A stretch of 64,000 bases of DNA, taken from Lytechinus pictus. Lineage: Eukaryota. Of the stretch, positions 27,901-38,863 are shown piece by piece. The stretch lies in contig NC_087251.1 of assembly GCF_037042905.1 (NCBI RefSeq), positions 31,684,001-31,748,000 of the forward strand. The letters are read 5' to 3'. How positions within the stretch are numbered: position 1 is the first letter of the stretch; every line of letters starts with the position of its first letter. A model generated the notes under the pieces. That model had not been told where the DNA came from. It searched no databases and worked only from the letters and a program-made list of their open reading frames with translations. The position numbers were made by a program, and so were the translations under genes.

Positions 27901-30900
27901 TAGTGTAAGTGTACAGATATAAAAGAATAGCAAAGTAGCTATTAAAAAAAATAAAATTCATAGGTCATATAATATAGGTGCCATGAGCCTAATTACATCA
28001 GGAGGGCTAAAGATATTTGTTCGACCCAACCCATTCGAAATTTTTCAATTTGATATTGCTGATTGACAAAAATGTATGAATATGATTCAAAATCTAACAC
28101 TGATTCTAGAAATGGTAACTACTGAACTTCCTTTGCCCAAATTGGGAAGATATATCAATGATTTGGCACTATTTTTTGACTGGCGGAAGAATTGGGGCTA
28201 TTTTACTGTTTCAGTTGATGAATTTGATCCTATCATAGTTATCTTCATAAATGACGATTTATTTTTAAAATGAGCTGGCTACGATACCCTTCTCTGGTCA
28301 GATATGGAATGTCAGATATATATCCTATCCAAAGGTAGTAAACATTTGACCCTCTAATTTCACATTTATTTTTTATGAATTTTTGTTAAGTGCCATTTTA
28401 ACACACAAGTCTATGGGGAATGTTTTACGCGCGTGAGACCTATAAGTAATACAGGCGAATTCCCTATAGTGGATGGAATACCTGCCAAAACTCCTCAGAA
28501 GCAAACAATTTCTAACTGATATCAATATGTTTAGTCATCAAGTGGTGCAAAAAATGGATTTAATGGCTTAGCAAGGCTATATCAGGTAAAGTTAGTAGGT
28601 ATGTGTATGTAAGCCTAGGAATGCATATAGACTGGTCAATGAGAGTCTAGGCCTCTTTATGTTCTGATTCATCATTGGTTTGTGCTAGTGTATGATCACC
28701 TACTTAATGTTAGAAAGACCTTTACAAATTGCTCATGTTAAAATTGTTCTTTGGAATGGGGTAGAGAGCTAGAGATAGAAATTTCTGAACTTTACTGAAG
28801 AGAACTAGAGTGGAAGCTTCAAGAAGGTATTTAGAAAAAGGCACAGAGTAAGGTAAGGTATATAATAGTGCTCAACTAAGGAGGGAGGGGGGTGGCTGTG
28901 TGATCCAATCTTAGTCTAGCCCCCCCCCCCCCTCTTTATAAGCCATGACATCTATAAAATTATCTTTCTTTCTCTCTCCTCTTTCTATCTATTTATGTAT
29001 CTCTTTCTTCTTACATCTGATAGGCAATAGCCCTAGGAAGATTTTGATATAATAGTTCAAATGCAAATGTACTAAAGTAATATAATATGTTATTGTTTCC
29101 TCATTCAATCTCATGTACTTCTAGTAATTATGTTTGAGGCAGTTCTGGTATCCTGATATCTACACCAAATTTACATACACCTTTATATTACAAGGAGAAT
29201 AGGGGCCTATATTGTCATTGCATTCACTGTTGGGCTATATGCAGGAAGGATATGTATACATCCATATAGTGAATATAGCATGTATGAGTAGCACATTAAA
29301 ATGGGTCATTGCATAGAAAATTCATTTTCAATGCATTTCTTTGTGCTAGTGTAAGTGTACAGATATAAAAGAATAGCAAAGTAGCTATTAAAAAAAATAA
29401 AATTCATAGGTCATATAATATAAGTAATACAGGCGAATTCCCTATAGTGGATGGAATACCTGCCAAAACTCCTCAGAAGCAAACAATTTCTAACTGATAT
29501 CAATATGTTTAGTCATCAAGTGGTGCAAAAAATGGATTTAATGGCTTAGCAAGGCTATATCAGGTAAAGTTAGTAGGTATGTGTATGTAAGCCTAGGAAT
29601 GCATATAGACTGGTCAATGAGAGTCTAGGCCTCTTTATGTTCTGATTCATCATTGGTTTGTGCTAGTGTATGATCACCTACTTAATGTTAGAAAGACCTT
29701 TACAAATTGCTCATGTTAAAATTGTTCTTTGGAATGGGGTAGAGAGCTAGAGATAGAAATTTCTGAACTTTACTGAAGAGAACTAGAGTGGAAGCTTCAA
29801 GAAGGTATTTAGAAAAAGGCACAGAGTAAGGTAAGGTATATAATAGTGCTCAACTAAGGAGGGAGGGGGGTGGCTGTGTGATCCAATCTTAGTCTAGCCC
29901 CCCCCCCCTCTTTATAAGCCATGACATCTATAAAATTATCTTTCTTTCTCTCTCCTCTTTCTATCTATTTATGTATCTCTTTCTTCTTACATCTGATAGG
30001 CAATAGCCCTAGGAAGATTTTGATATAATAGTTCAAATGCAAATGTACTAAAGTAATATAATATGTTATTGTTTCCTCATTCAATCTCATGTACTTCTAG
30101 TAATTATGTTTGAGGCAGTTCTGGTATCCTGATATCTACACCAAATTTACATACACCTTTATATTACAAGGAGAATAGGGGCCTATATTGTCATTGCATT
30201 CACTGTTGGGCTATATGCAGGAAGGATATGTATACATCCATATAGTGAATATAGCATGTATGAGTAGCACATTAAAATGGGTCATTGCATAGAAAATTCA
30301 TTTTCAATGCATTTCTTTGTGCTAGTGTAAGTGTACAGATATAAAAGAATAGCAAAGTAGCTATTAAAAAAAATAAAATTCATAGGTCATATAATATAGG
30401 TGCCATGAGCCTAATTACATCAGGAGGGCTAAAGATATTTGTTCGACCCAACCCATTCGAAATTTTTCAATTTGATATTGCTGATTGACAAAAATGTATG
30501 AATATGATTCAAAATCTAACACTGATTCTAGAAATGGTAACTACTGAACTTCCTTTGCCCAAATTGGGAAGATATATCAATGATTTGGCACTATTTTTTG
30601 ACTGGCGGAAGAATTGGGGCTATTTTACTGTTTCAGTTGATGAATTTGATCCTATCATAGTTATCTTCATAAATGACGATTTATTTTTAAAATGAGCTGG
30701 CTACGATACCCTTCTCTGGTCAGATATGGAATGTCAGATATATATCCTATCCAAAGGTAGTAAACATTTGACCCTCTAATTTCACATTTATTTTTTATGA
30801 ATTTTTGTTAAGTGCCATTTTAACACACAAGTCTATGGGGAATGTTTTACGCGCGTGAGACCTATAAGTAATACAGGCGAATTCCCTATAGTGGATGGAA

Positions 30901-33900
30901 TACCTGCCAAAACTCCTCAGAAGCAAACAATTTCTAACTGATATCAATATGTTTAGTCATCAAGTGGTGCAAAAAATGGATTTAATGGCTTAGCAAGGCT
31001 ATATCAGGTAAAGTTAGTAGGTATGTGTATGTAAGCCTAGGAATGCATATAGACTGGTCAATGAGAGTCTAGGCCTCTTTATGTTCTGATTCATCATTGG
31101 TTTGTGCTAGTGTATGATCACCTACTTAATGTTAGAAAGACCTTTACAAATTGCTCATGTTAAAATTGTTCTTTGGAATGGGGTAGAGAGCTAGAGATAG
31201 AAATTTCTGAACTTTACTGAAGAGAACTAGAGTGGAAGCTTCAAGAAGGTATTTAGAAAAAGGCACAGAGTAAGGTAAGGTATATAATAGTGCTCAACTA
31301 AGGAGGGAGGGGGGTGGCTGTGTGATCCAATCTTAGTCTAGCCCCCCCCCCCCTCTTTATAAGCCATGACATCTATAAAATTATCTTTCTTTCTCTCTCC
31401 TCTTTCTATCTATTTATGTATCTCTTTCTTCTTACATCTGATAGGCAATAGCCCTAGGAAGATTTTGATATAATAGTTCAAATGCAAATGTACTAAAGTA
31501 ATATAATATGTTATTGTTTCCTCATTCAATCTCATGTACTTCTAGTAATTATGTTTGAGGCAGTTCTGGTATCCTGATATCTACACCAAATTTACATACA
31601 CCTTTATATTACAAGGAGAATAGGGGCCTATATTGTCATTGCATTCACTGTTGGGCTATATGCAGGAAGGATATGTATACATCCATATAGTGAATATAGC
31701 ATGTATGAGTAGCACATTAAAATGGGTCATTGCATAGAAAATTCATTTTCAATGCATTTCTTTGTGCTAGTGTAAGTGTACAGATATAAAAGAATAGCAA
31801 AGTAGCTATTAAAAAAAATAAAATTCATAGGTCATATAATATAGGTGCCATGAGCCTAATTACATCAGGAGGGCTAAAGATATTTGTTCGACCCAACCCA
31901 TTCGAAATTTTTCAATTTGATATTGCTGATTGACAAAAATGTATGAATATGATTCAAAATCTAACACTGATTCTAGAAATGGTAACTACTGAACTTCCTT
32001 TGCCCAAATTGGGAAGATATATCAATGATTTGGCACTATTTTTTGACTGGCGGAAGAATTGGGGCTATTTTACTGTTTCAGTTGATGAATTTGATCCTAT
32101 CATAGTTATCTTCATAAATGACGATTTATTTTTAAAATGAGCTGGCTACGATACCCTTCTCTGGTCAGATATGGAATGTCAGATATATATCCTATCCAAA
32201 GGTAGTAAACATTTGACCCTCTAATTTCACATTTATTTTTTATGAATTTTTGTTAAGTGCCATTTTAACACACAAGTCTATGGGGAATGTTTTACGCGCG
32301 TGAGACCCGATGCGCGTTATTATTATTACCCCGGCTTTATCTCGAGCTGCCTCTCCGCGCTAATGCATTCAATGAATTAATCCAGCTAGGTACCCATTCA
32401 CCTCACCTGGTTTGAGATAAGATAAACCCTGTACAGTAATTCTTACGAAAAATCCACTTTAGATCATTTTATGATAGTTTGTTGGGAACGGAAATTCTTA
32501 TATTGGCTGTACATGCAGGCGTGGATCCATGGGGCCGACGCCCCCCCCCCTTAAAAAGGGAGAGGGGGAAAGAAAGATTGGAAAGAAAAAGAAGGGGATG
32601 GGAGGAAAGAAAAGGGAAGGAAAGTGAGAGGGGGAAAGAAGGGGAAAGTGAAAGAGAAGGGAAGAAATGAGGGAGAGGAAGAAAGGAAACAGAGAAAGAA
32701 AATGAAAAGAAGGGAAATGAAGGGGGAAAGAAAGGGAAGAAAGAGAGATAGAAAGCAAAGGGAAAAGGGGAGGAAAAAGAAAAGAAAGGAGAATAGAGAT
32801 AGAGAAGGAAAAGAAGGGAGAGTGCGAGAGGAAAGGTGAGGCAGACAAAAGAGGAGGAAAAGAATGGGAAAGGAGAGACGAATCAAACAAAGGAAATAGA
32901 GAGGAAAAAGGAGAGAGAAGAGAATGGATAAGGGAGAGAGGAAAGAAAGGGCAGAGAAACAAAATGAAGGTCAAGACTGAGGGAGGGGGCTATAAACATT
33001 CATGGAAGAGAGGATGATTATAGAAGAAAAAGATAACACGGAATGAGAAAGAAAAAAAAGAGGATGAAAAAGAAATTTTAAAAAGGGATACCCTCTCTTA
33101 GCTTAGGTATAAACGGCAGGGCTCGCTGAGTTTGCCGGAGGCAAGGGGACCGTACCCCCCCTCCCCCCCATAAAAAAGGGGGAGAGAAAAAAAAGGCATT
33201 TGATGGGAAGGGAAATGAAAATAAAAGGAAAATTGAAAGGGGACTAATGGAGAAGGGGAGAAAGAGATCTTGCCGAAACGGTTCTGTTCCCCCTCCTCCA
33301 TGTAGTAGCAAAGGACAAGGTGGGGCAAAGATGCGTTTAAAAAATGAAGACGTCCGGGGCCGTACGGCCTAGTCATCATGCTGCTTGCTCACCCCTCCGA
33401 ATAATTAAAAGATAAGCACTTAGTCTAAAAAAAATAGGATAAAACGAAGGAGATGGAGGCGGAAATGAAGAGAAATAAATAAAGAAAAGAAAAATATAAA
33501 AATTAGACAGAAAAAAAGGAAAAGCGTTTGCGAAATGTGGTGTTAATTTCCCCCCACAAAATTGTGAACTTCGAGCCTGTTGTTCCGAATAAATGGCTGT
33601 GGGAAAGTCTCCATAAGATGTAGGCGGTCCGATGAGAGAAAAATAAAAAGAATAAAAGAAGAGGACAAAAATAAATAAAAAGATGAAGAATGAAGAAAAT
33701 CAGAGGAGGGGGATTTGCAAATTGCCTAAAAGGAACAAAATGAATATCTCGCGTACTACGCGGTTGAATTGTCCGTTTAATGAGATACACATTTAATATG
33801 TTTAGAGGATAAGACGGCTATAAAAATATAAAAGAACTTACGTTTCTGGTCGCGCTTCAAGCATTCATTATTTTGAACAAAATGAGATACCCATCCTGTT

Positions 33901-36900
33901 CACGATTACAAAAAGTAATTAAATTTCCCGTTTTCACGAACGATTTAACTTCTGCTCCCTCTCTGACTTTTATACAGGGGCGCATTTGAAAGGAATAAAA
34001 TATATGAAAGCATATTCATCCCATCTCTCGGTAAAATAAGACATAATTAATGATCATTGAAGCATTGCGAGTTACGCTTCTGTGACCACAAAAAAGTCTG
34101 AAAATATATAATTATCGACTGCACTTAATGAATTATAATCATTCATGCTAAACTGATCACAATTTGCAAGTATATATGTTTAAAACAAAGGCTATTCTTT
34201 TCTCTTTCGTAAGATAATGTGTATAATTTATTAGATTTCATGAAAGTCGGGTTAGGAGTTCAGACTTCGAGGCCAGCATCGTACATCCACTCATTTTTCA
34301 ATGTTGTAATTGAATTGAATTGAATAACTTAATTGTCCAGAAAGGAAATTCTTTCACAGGTAAAAATGTAGATACAAAACAAAAATGTGTATACAGTATC
34401 CCATTATATTGCATTATATATGATAATTCGATTTTGATGTCATCAACTGAGAGCAGAAAACTCTTCACTTTTGCCTGTGAGTACATACAATAAAACTGTA
34501 CACTGTTTTGATGAATTGTTACATATTTTTCTGTATATATTTGCCATTTTATATTGCATTATCTATGATAATTCGATTTTGATGTCATCTCCGAGCAGAA
34601 AACTCTTCACTTTGCTTGTGTGTACATACAATAAAACTGTACACTGTTTTGAATGAATTGTTACATATTCTTCTGTATATTTTTTTTTGCATGACTATCT
34701 ATAAGCTTTATCAACTTTTGAATTCAGGTTCAAATCCGCTTGGTGAGTGATGCTTCTGAATCCCCATACGTTGAGTTCACAAGTATAGCTGAAGGCATCA
34801 ATCGAATCTGGTTACGTCTGGTAGCAGAGAAAGATGAACATGTATTTGGTGGAGGCTCCCAGTTCTCTCATTTCAATATGAGAGGGTATAAATTCCCAAT
34901 CTGGATTCAAGAACAAGTAAGATTTTATATACCTTTCCTTGCTTAATTGGTACATGTTTCGTGTCCATGTTTCATTGCTTGCCATGTTGGTGATTTTAAA
35001 TTATTTCCTGATAAACAAAATGCAAAACTTTATTGCAAGCAAAATAGAGATGTAGATCTGGGGCCCGTTTCATAAAGGACTTGCAACTGTTGTAATTTTG
35101 CCATTGTGGCAACTACCATGGTAACCTTGATTCTGATTGGCTGATGAGCCCTGTTACCATGGTAGTTGCCATAATGGCAAAGTTACAACAGTTGAAAGTC
35201 CTTTATGAAACGGGCCCCCTCTCCTGTATTTTTTCCTGCTGTTGAGAGAGAGAGAGAGAGAAGGGGGGGGGGGGGGCTCTACCGTGTGACAAAAAAAAAA
35301 CTTGACACCTCACAAATCTCCAATTTAAGGAAAAATATATGTCATGAACGCATAATCATTATATATGGCTGGAAAATAATATCTTCTCTCAAATAATTCG
35401 ATACCATATTCATGTGGTATGTCTTAATAATCAGGAGGTATTCTTTGCAGCGATATAAATTTTGGTTTGCGCCAAAGTGGGGCATGACTGCAATGAATGA
35501 ATCCAGATGTCAATGATGTCATAATGCTACATGAGTTAGTAAACATATTTGGAAATCCCATTTCGATTAAATTAATTTGAGAATTGATACTAAAAAGTGT
35601 TTATTAAAAAATTAGTATGTAAATTATTGAAAAGAAAAGGTGTTTTGAAATTTGTTTTAATGCAACCCTTGTAGGATTATGACATCATTGATATCGGGAT
35701 ACATTCATTGCAGTCATGCCTTACTTTAGCACAAATCAAAATTTACATCACTGCAAAGAATACCTCCTGATCATCCAAGCATTAACACATAAAATATGGT
35801 ATCAAATTATTGGGAGAACATACTCTTTCAGACCATATATATTAATTATGTGTTCATGACACATTTTTTCCTTAAATCGGGGATTTGTGAGGTACAAAGT
35901 TTATTTTTACTCACACAGTATATCTGGTGTTAAAACAAGATGGAAGCAATGTCATTCTTCCTTGTTCGTTTGATGAGATAGATTCCCTTGACTCTTAAGA
36001 AGCAGGATGTTTGATATGTTTCACAAGATTACAAGAAGTACTTTGATCTGCAAGATAGATTTCCACATTTATTGCTGTAATATAACATTACCATGGAAAT
36101 GCAGTTTCCAACACATGAAAATTATGACGAGATACCAAACATGACTCACAAAGTGCTTTTTGTTTTCTGATGATGTTTTCATCAATTTGACAATCATCAT
36201 AATCAAATGCAATCTAGGTTTCCCAGTTCCTATAATGGAGAGAACTGACCACCTTTATTACGTCATGATTAGCTTATTTTTGAAGTTTCGACATAGTTTA
36301 AGCTGACAAAACATGCTACTTCATTTTCAACAGGGAGTTGGACGAGACAAGAACTACGAGATCACATTCAAAGCCGATCAGAGGGACGGTGGAGGTGGTG
36401 ACTACTATACAACCTATTGGGCTCAACCAACCTTTGTTTCCTCTCGTCTCTACTATGCTCACTTTGACATCACCACCTACTCTGAACTGGACTTTCGAGC
36501 CGATCACTTCCATGAGATCCACATCTGGGGAAATACTCTCAGCAAGTTCCATTTCTTCACTGGAAGTAATTACACCGATCTTCTCGGGGAGTTAACTGGG
36601 TACCTTGGAAGACAACCGATGCCTCCTGAATGGATCTATAATGGCACTATCTTAGGAGTCCAAGGGGGTACTGATATCATGCTTCAATACATAGACATGG
36701 CTGAAGTGAGTAAAGAATAATCTTAACCAACTGTAGGCCTACATAAAATGTCATAAATTTGACCTATATTGATTCTCAGGACTTCTTAACATTTAAATGC
36801 ATGTTATATTTTATAATTACAAAAGAAGTCAACGAGGAATTATATTTCTTCAAGCAACAGTTATAACAGTTATAACTTGACAAGCATGAAAAGGATGCCT

Positions 36901-38863
36901 GTCATTTATCCAGTATCAATGTGGCATAATCCTATAAGAGATGACTGATATTAATGACCAGAAATTATGCCTATTGAGTACCAGTACTATCATTTGCTTT
37001 TTTAATGTTGTCTAGCTATTGGAACTACTTTAAATTCCTTCTACTTGATACAGGAACATGGAATCAAAGTGAGTGGAGTCTGGATCCAGGATTGGGTTGG
37101 CCGTATCACCACGTCTTTTGGAAGACGTCTGTTCTGGAACTGGGAGTGGAACCCTGAGCAGTACCCCAACCTTGACACAGTGATACCGCAACTCAAACAG
37201 CGAGGTATCAGGGTGCTTGTCTATGCCAATCCAAACCTCAACAGATTAGGGAGTTTGTATGAGGAAGCAGCAGCAGGAGACTACCTCATCAAGAACATTT
37301 CTGGGGATCCATACATAGTTGACTATGGTGAGTTCTTCTGCGGAATCGTGGACTTCACAAACCCTGCGGCTGCTCAGTGGTACAAGGACCGTATCATTAA
37401 AAAAAATATGCTGGACCTGGGTGTCAGTGGTTGGATGGCTGATTTTGGAGAGTACCTCCCTATAGATGCGGTGTTTCATAGTGGAGCTAAGGGTACAGAT
37501 ATCCATAATCAATGGCCTGCCATCTGGGCTCAGGTGAACAGAGAAGGGGTGGAGGAGGGTGGCAAGATGGGTGATATCCTATTTTGGATGCGTGCCGGCT
37601 ATACAGGATCCCAGAGGTACAGTGTCATGACGTGGGCTGGTGATCAGTTTGTTGACTATGGCCTTGCTGATGGCATAGCATCCGTGATCCCCGGTACCCT
37701 ATCTTTGGGTATGTCAGGGTACGGAATGAACCATTTCGACATTGGAGGGTACACATCTCTCTTTGGAGTCACCAGGACTGAGGAACTCTTTCTCCGTTAT
37801 GCCGAGATGGCGGCCTTTACTACCATGATGCGCACTCATGAGGGTAACAGACCTGATGAGAACTGGCAGTTCTACTCAAGCTCACACACCATGTACGAGT
37901 TCGCCCGCCATACCAAGATATACGTGGCCCTCAATGACTACGTCAACACCACCCTGCGTGAGAACCATGAACACGGCATTCCCGTTCAACGTCCACTCTT
38001 CCTGCATTATGAGGACGACGAGCGCACCTATGACATCCAATACCAGTATATGTTCGGACCGGATCTTCTGGTCGCTCCAGTGATAGAGCAGGGTCAAGAA
38101 AACTGGGATGTTTATCTTCCTGTAGATGACTGGATATTCCTTTGGGATGAAGACATCACCTCAGATGGTGGAGAGACCATAACAGTTCCTTCTCCAATGG
38201 GTTACATACCAGTCTTCTTTAGGTCCCAATCTCCATGGGCTGACACTTTTAGACAGCTGAGAGATATCGAGGCAGGCAAGTACTATATTTCTCTTAAAAT
38301 GATCTGATACACTCCCCAAAATAAGTAAATTCACTAAAATTATATGGATCAGTAAATTCTTTGTAAGTTACAATTCTTTGTGATAGAGACATAAGATCTG
38401 GAATTTTCATGTAGACACAATTTACATGAAAGAGGTACGAGTATGGTTGACACACACACACACAAAATAAATGAAAGGCAGATGCGTTTTCTGGAGAGCA
38501 TGAAACACGATGGTAACGAGGTGTTTGTCAAACCTCAAAACATCTTTGAATGTTTCAGTTAAATATGAGAAAATATTCAGGTTTCATGTACATCAGAAAA
38601 TGAACTTTAAGAATGCAATGATTGTAATGTGCTTTTGATGCCCTATTATCCAGTCTGGGGACCAATTCTCCCTATTCACATGTGTTGTAATGAGCATGAT
38701 TGAAAATGTTATCTCATCTTTTTACATTTGCCTCTACATTTTTTCTGTTTATGCAGTAACGGTAACTCCGACCGAACAGATGACGACTGCTGGATGTCCC
38801 ACTATAATGGCATCATATTTACTTCTCGCTTTGTGTTGGACCCTAATGACATTATTGTGGTAG
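3677..38863 (+). CDS. GH31 sulfoquinovosidase-like (YihQ-like) alpha-glycosidase, secreted and probably GPI-anchored; join(3677..3973,34728..34916,36334..36705,37054..38275,38757..38863), about 728 aa
   Basis: Exons splice in frame (phases 0,0,0,1). Translation is colinear with E. coli YihQ as recalled: NRIWLRL, EQGVGR, GGDYY, LGRQP, LGVQGGT, WIQDW..TSFGRRLFWNW, GWMADFGEYLP (nucleophile), WAGDQ (acid/base), DIGGYT, MRTHEGNRP, RPLFLHYEDD. Hydrophobic N-terminal signal peptide. Confidence 0.92.
4149..4431. mobile_element. MITE with 3-bp TSD (Harbinger-like)
   Basis: GGCCCGTATTCTGAAGT ... ACTTCAGAATATACGGGCC, with AAT on both sides. Confidence 0.7.
4515..5420. mobile_element. Tc1/mariner-type MITE with long TIRs
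   Basis: TA|CAGTGCGTCCCAGAAAAAAACGAAACCGAG ... CTCGGTTTCGTTTTTTCTGGGACGCACTG|TA; inverted arms of about 300 bp. Confidence 0.88.
6933..7254. mobile_element. MITE with CACTGTTAGAAAA termini
   Basis: TA|CACTGTTAGAAAA ... TTTTCTAACAGTG|TA. Confidence 0.7.
7259..9125. mobile_element. Non-autonomous DNA transposon (~1.9 kb) with a nested insertion
   Basis: TA|GGGGAGATTGGGGTTAGTTGGAAC ... GTTCCAACTAACCCCAATCTCCTC|TA. The internal ~7405-7975 segment belongs to a family also seen at ~39697-40260 and ~59790-60310. Confidence 0.75.
9131..9315. mobile_element. Hairpin MITE with TAG...CTA termini
   Basis: About 88-bp near-perfect inverted arms TAGCCTATAAT.../...ATTATAGGCTA. Confidence 0.75.
9395..10070 (+). 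mobile_element. 5'-truncated L2-like LINE 3' fragment (degenerate)
   Basis: Frameshifted remnants ARIV..KHDLITPVLKDLHWLP, WGDRAFAHAGPALWN and SFKGNLKLHLF; 3' end taagcgccttgagc...gacgctatataaat. Confidence 0.8.
9574..9746. mobile_element. 173-bp MITE with 9-bp TSD inserted in the L2 fragment
   Basis: CTATCAACC|TAGTCTGCTGGGCAAACCCT ... AGGGTCTGTGCCTGCAGACTA|CTATCAACC. Confidence 0.8.
10127..10590. repeat. First 464-bp terminal direct-repeat module, with imperfect TIRs
   Basis: 5' end GGTGCCATGAGCCTAA versus reverse complement of the 3' end GGTCTCACGCGCGTAA (11/16 match); internal copies are flanked by TATA on both sides. Confidence 0.85.
10127..32307. mobile_element. 22.2-kb tandem array of a composite element: 14 x 464-bp terminal module and 16 x ~980-bp spacer, flanked by CGAT TSD
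   Basis: Starts and ends with a full module (GGTGCC...GAGACC); flanks read ttcCGAT|GG and CC|CGATgcg. Basic period 1444-1445 bp; higher-order period about 6757 bp. Confidence 0.9.
32560..33075. repeat. Purine-rich (GA) low-complexity tract
   Basis: Almost only G and A on the + strand; produces the spurious K/R/E-rich and F/L/S-rich ORFs. Confidence 0.9.
34400..34682. repeat. Direct tandem duplication of about 143 bp just upstream of SQase-like exon 2
   Basis: tatattgcattat..atgataattcgattttgatgtcatc...gttacatatt occurs twice. Confidence 0.8.
34728..34916 (+). CDS. SQase-like gene exon 2
   Basis: Acceptor ttcag|GTT; encodes NRIWLRLVAEKDEHVFGGGSQFSHFNMRG...IQEQ; donor CAA|GTAAGA. Confidence 0.9.
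35080..35217. mobile_element. Hairpin MITE
   Basis: GGGCCCGTTTCATAAAGGACTT ... AAGTCCTTTATGAAACGGGCCC; arms of about 60 bp. Confidence 0.8.
35280..35920. mobile_element. Tc1/mariner-like MITE with long diverged TIRs
   Basis: TACCGTGTGAC..CCTCACAAATCTCC versus GGGGATTTGTGAGG..TCACACAGTA; inverted similarity extends about 240 bp. Confidence 0.75.
36334..36705 (+). CDS. SQase-like gene exon 3
   Basis: Acceptor caacag|GGA; encodes GVGRDK...GGDYY...LGRQPMPPEWIYNGTILGVQGGT; donor GAA|GTGAGT. Confidence 0.92.
37054..38275 (+). CDS. SQase-like gene exon 4 (most of the catalytic TIM barrel and the C-terminal beta domain)
   Basis: Acceptor atacag|GAA; 1222-nt exon containing WMADFGE and WAGDQ; ends at the GC donor CAG|GCAAGT. 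Confidence 0.93.
38757..38863 (+). CDS. SQase-like gene exon 5 (Thr-rich stalk plus GPI-signal-like hydrophobic tail)
   Basis: Polypyrimidine tract then atgcag|TA; the phase-1 join gives VTVTPTEQMTTAGCPTIMASYLLLALCWTLMTLLW*. Confidence 0.75.

Noticed and set aside
10127..32307. CRISPR-like repeat-spacer array, or rDNA/snRNA/histone tandem cluster
   Set aside because: Spacers are identical and ~1 kb long, the context is eukaryotic, and no RNA gene or histone ORF was recognised in the unit.
32479..33379. K/R/E-rich and F/L/S-rich ORFs
   Set aside because: Translations of a GA low-complexity tract.
37246..38097. Overlapping antisense and alternate-frame ORFs
   Set aside because: Shadow ORFs of the GH31 coding exon.
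37045..38307. Bacterial contamination or a standalone 420-aa bacterial gene
   Set aside because: It is one exon of a spliced gene with canonical splice signals, a signal peptide and animal neighbours.
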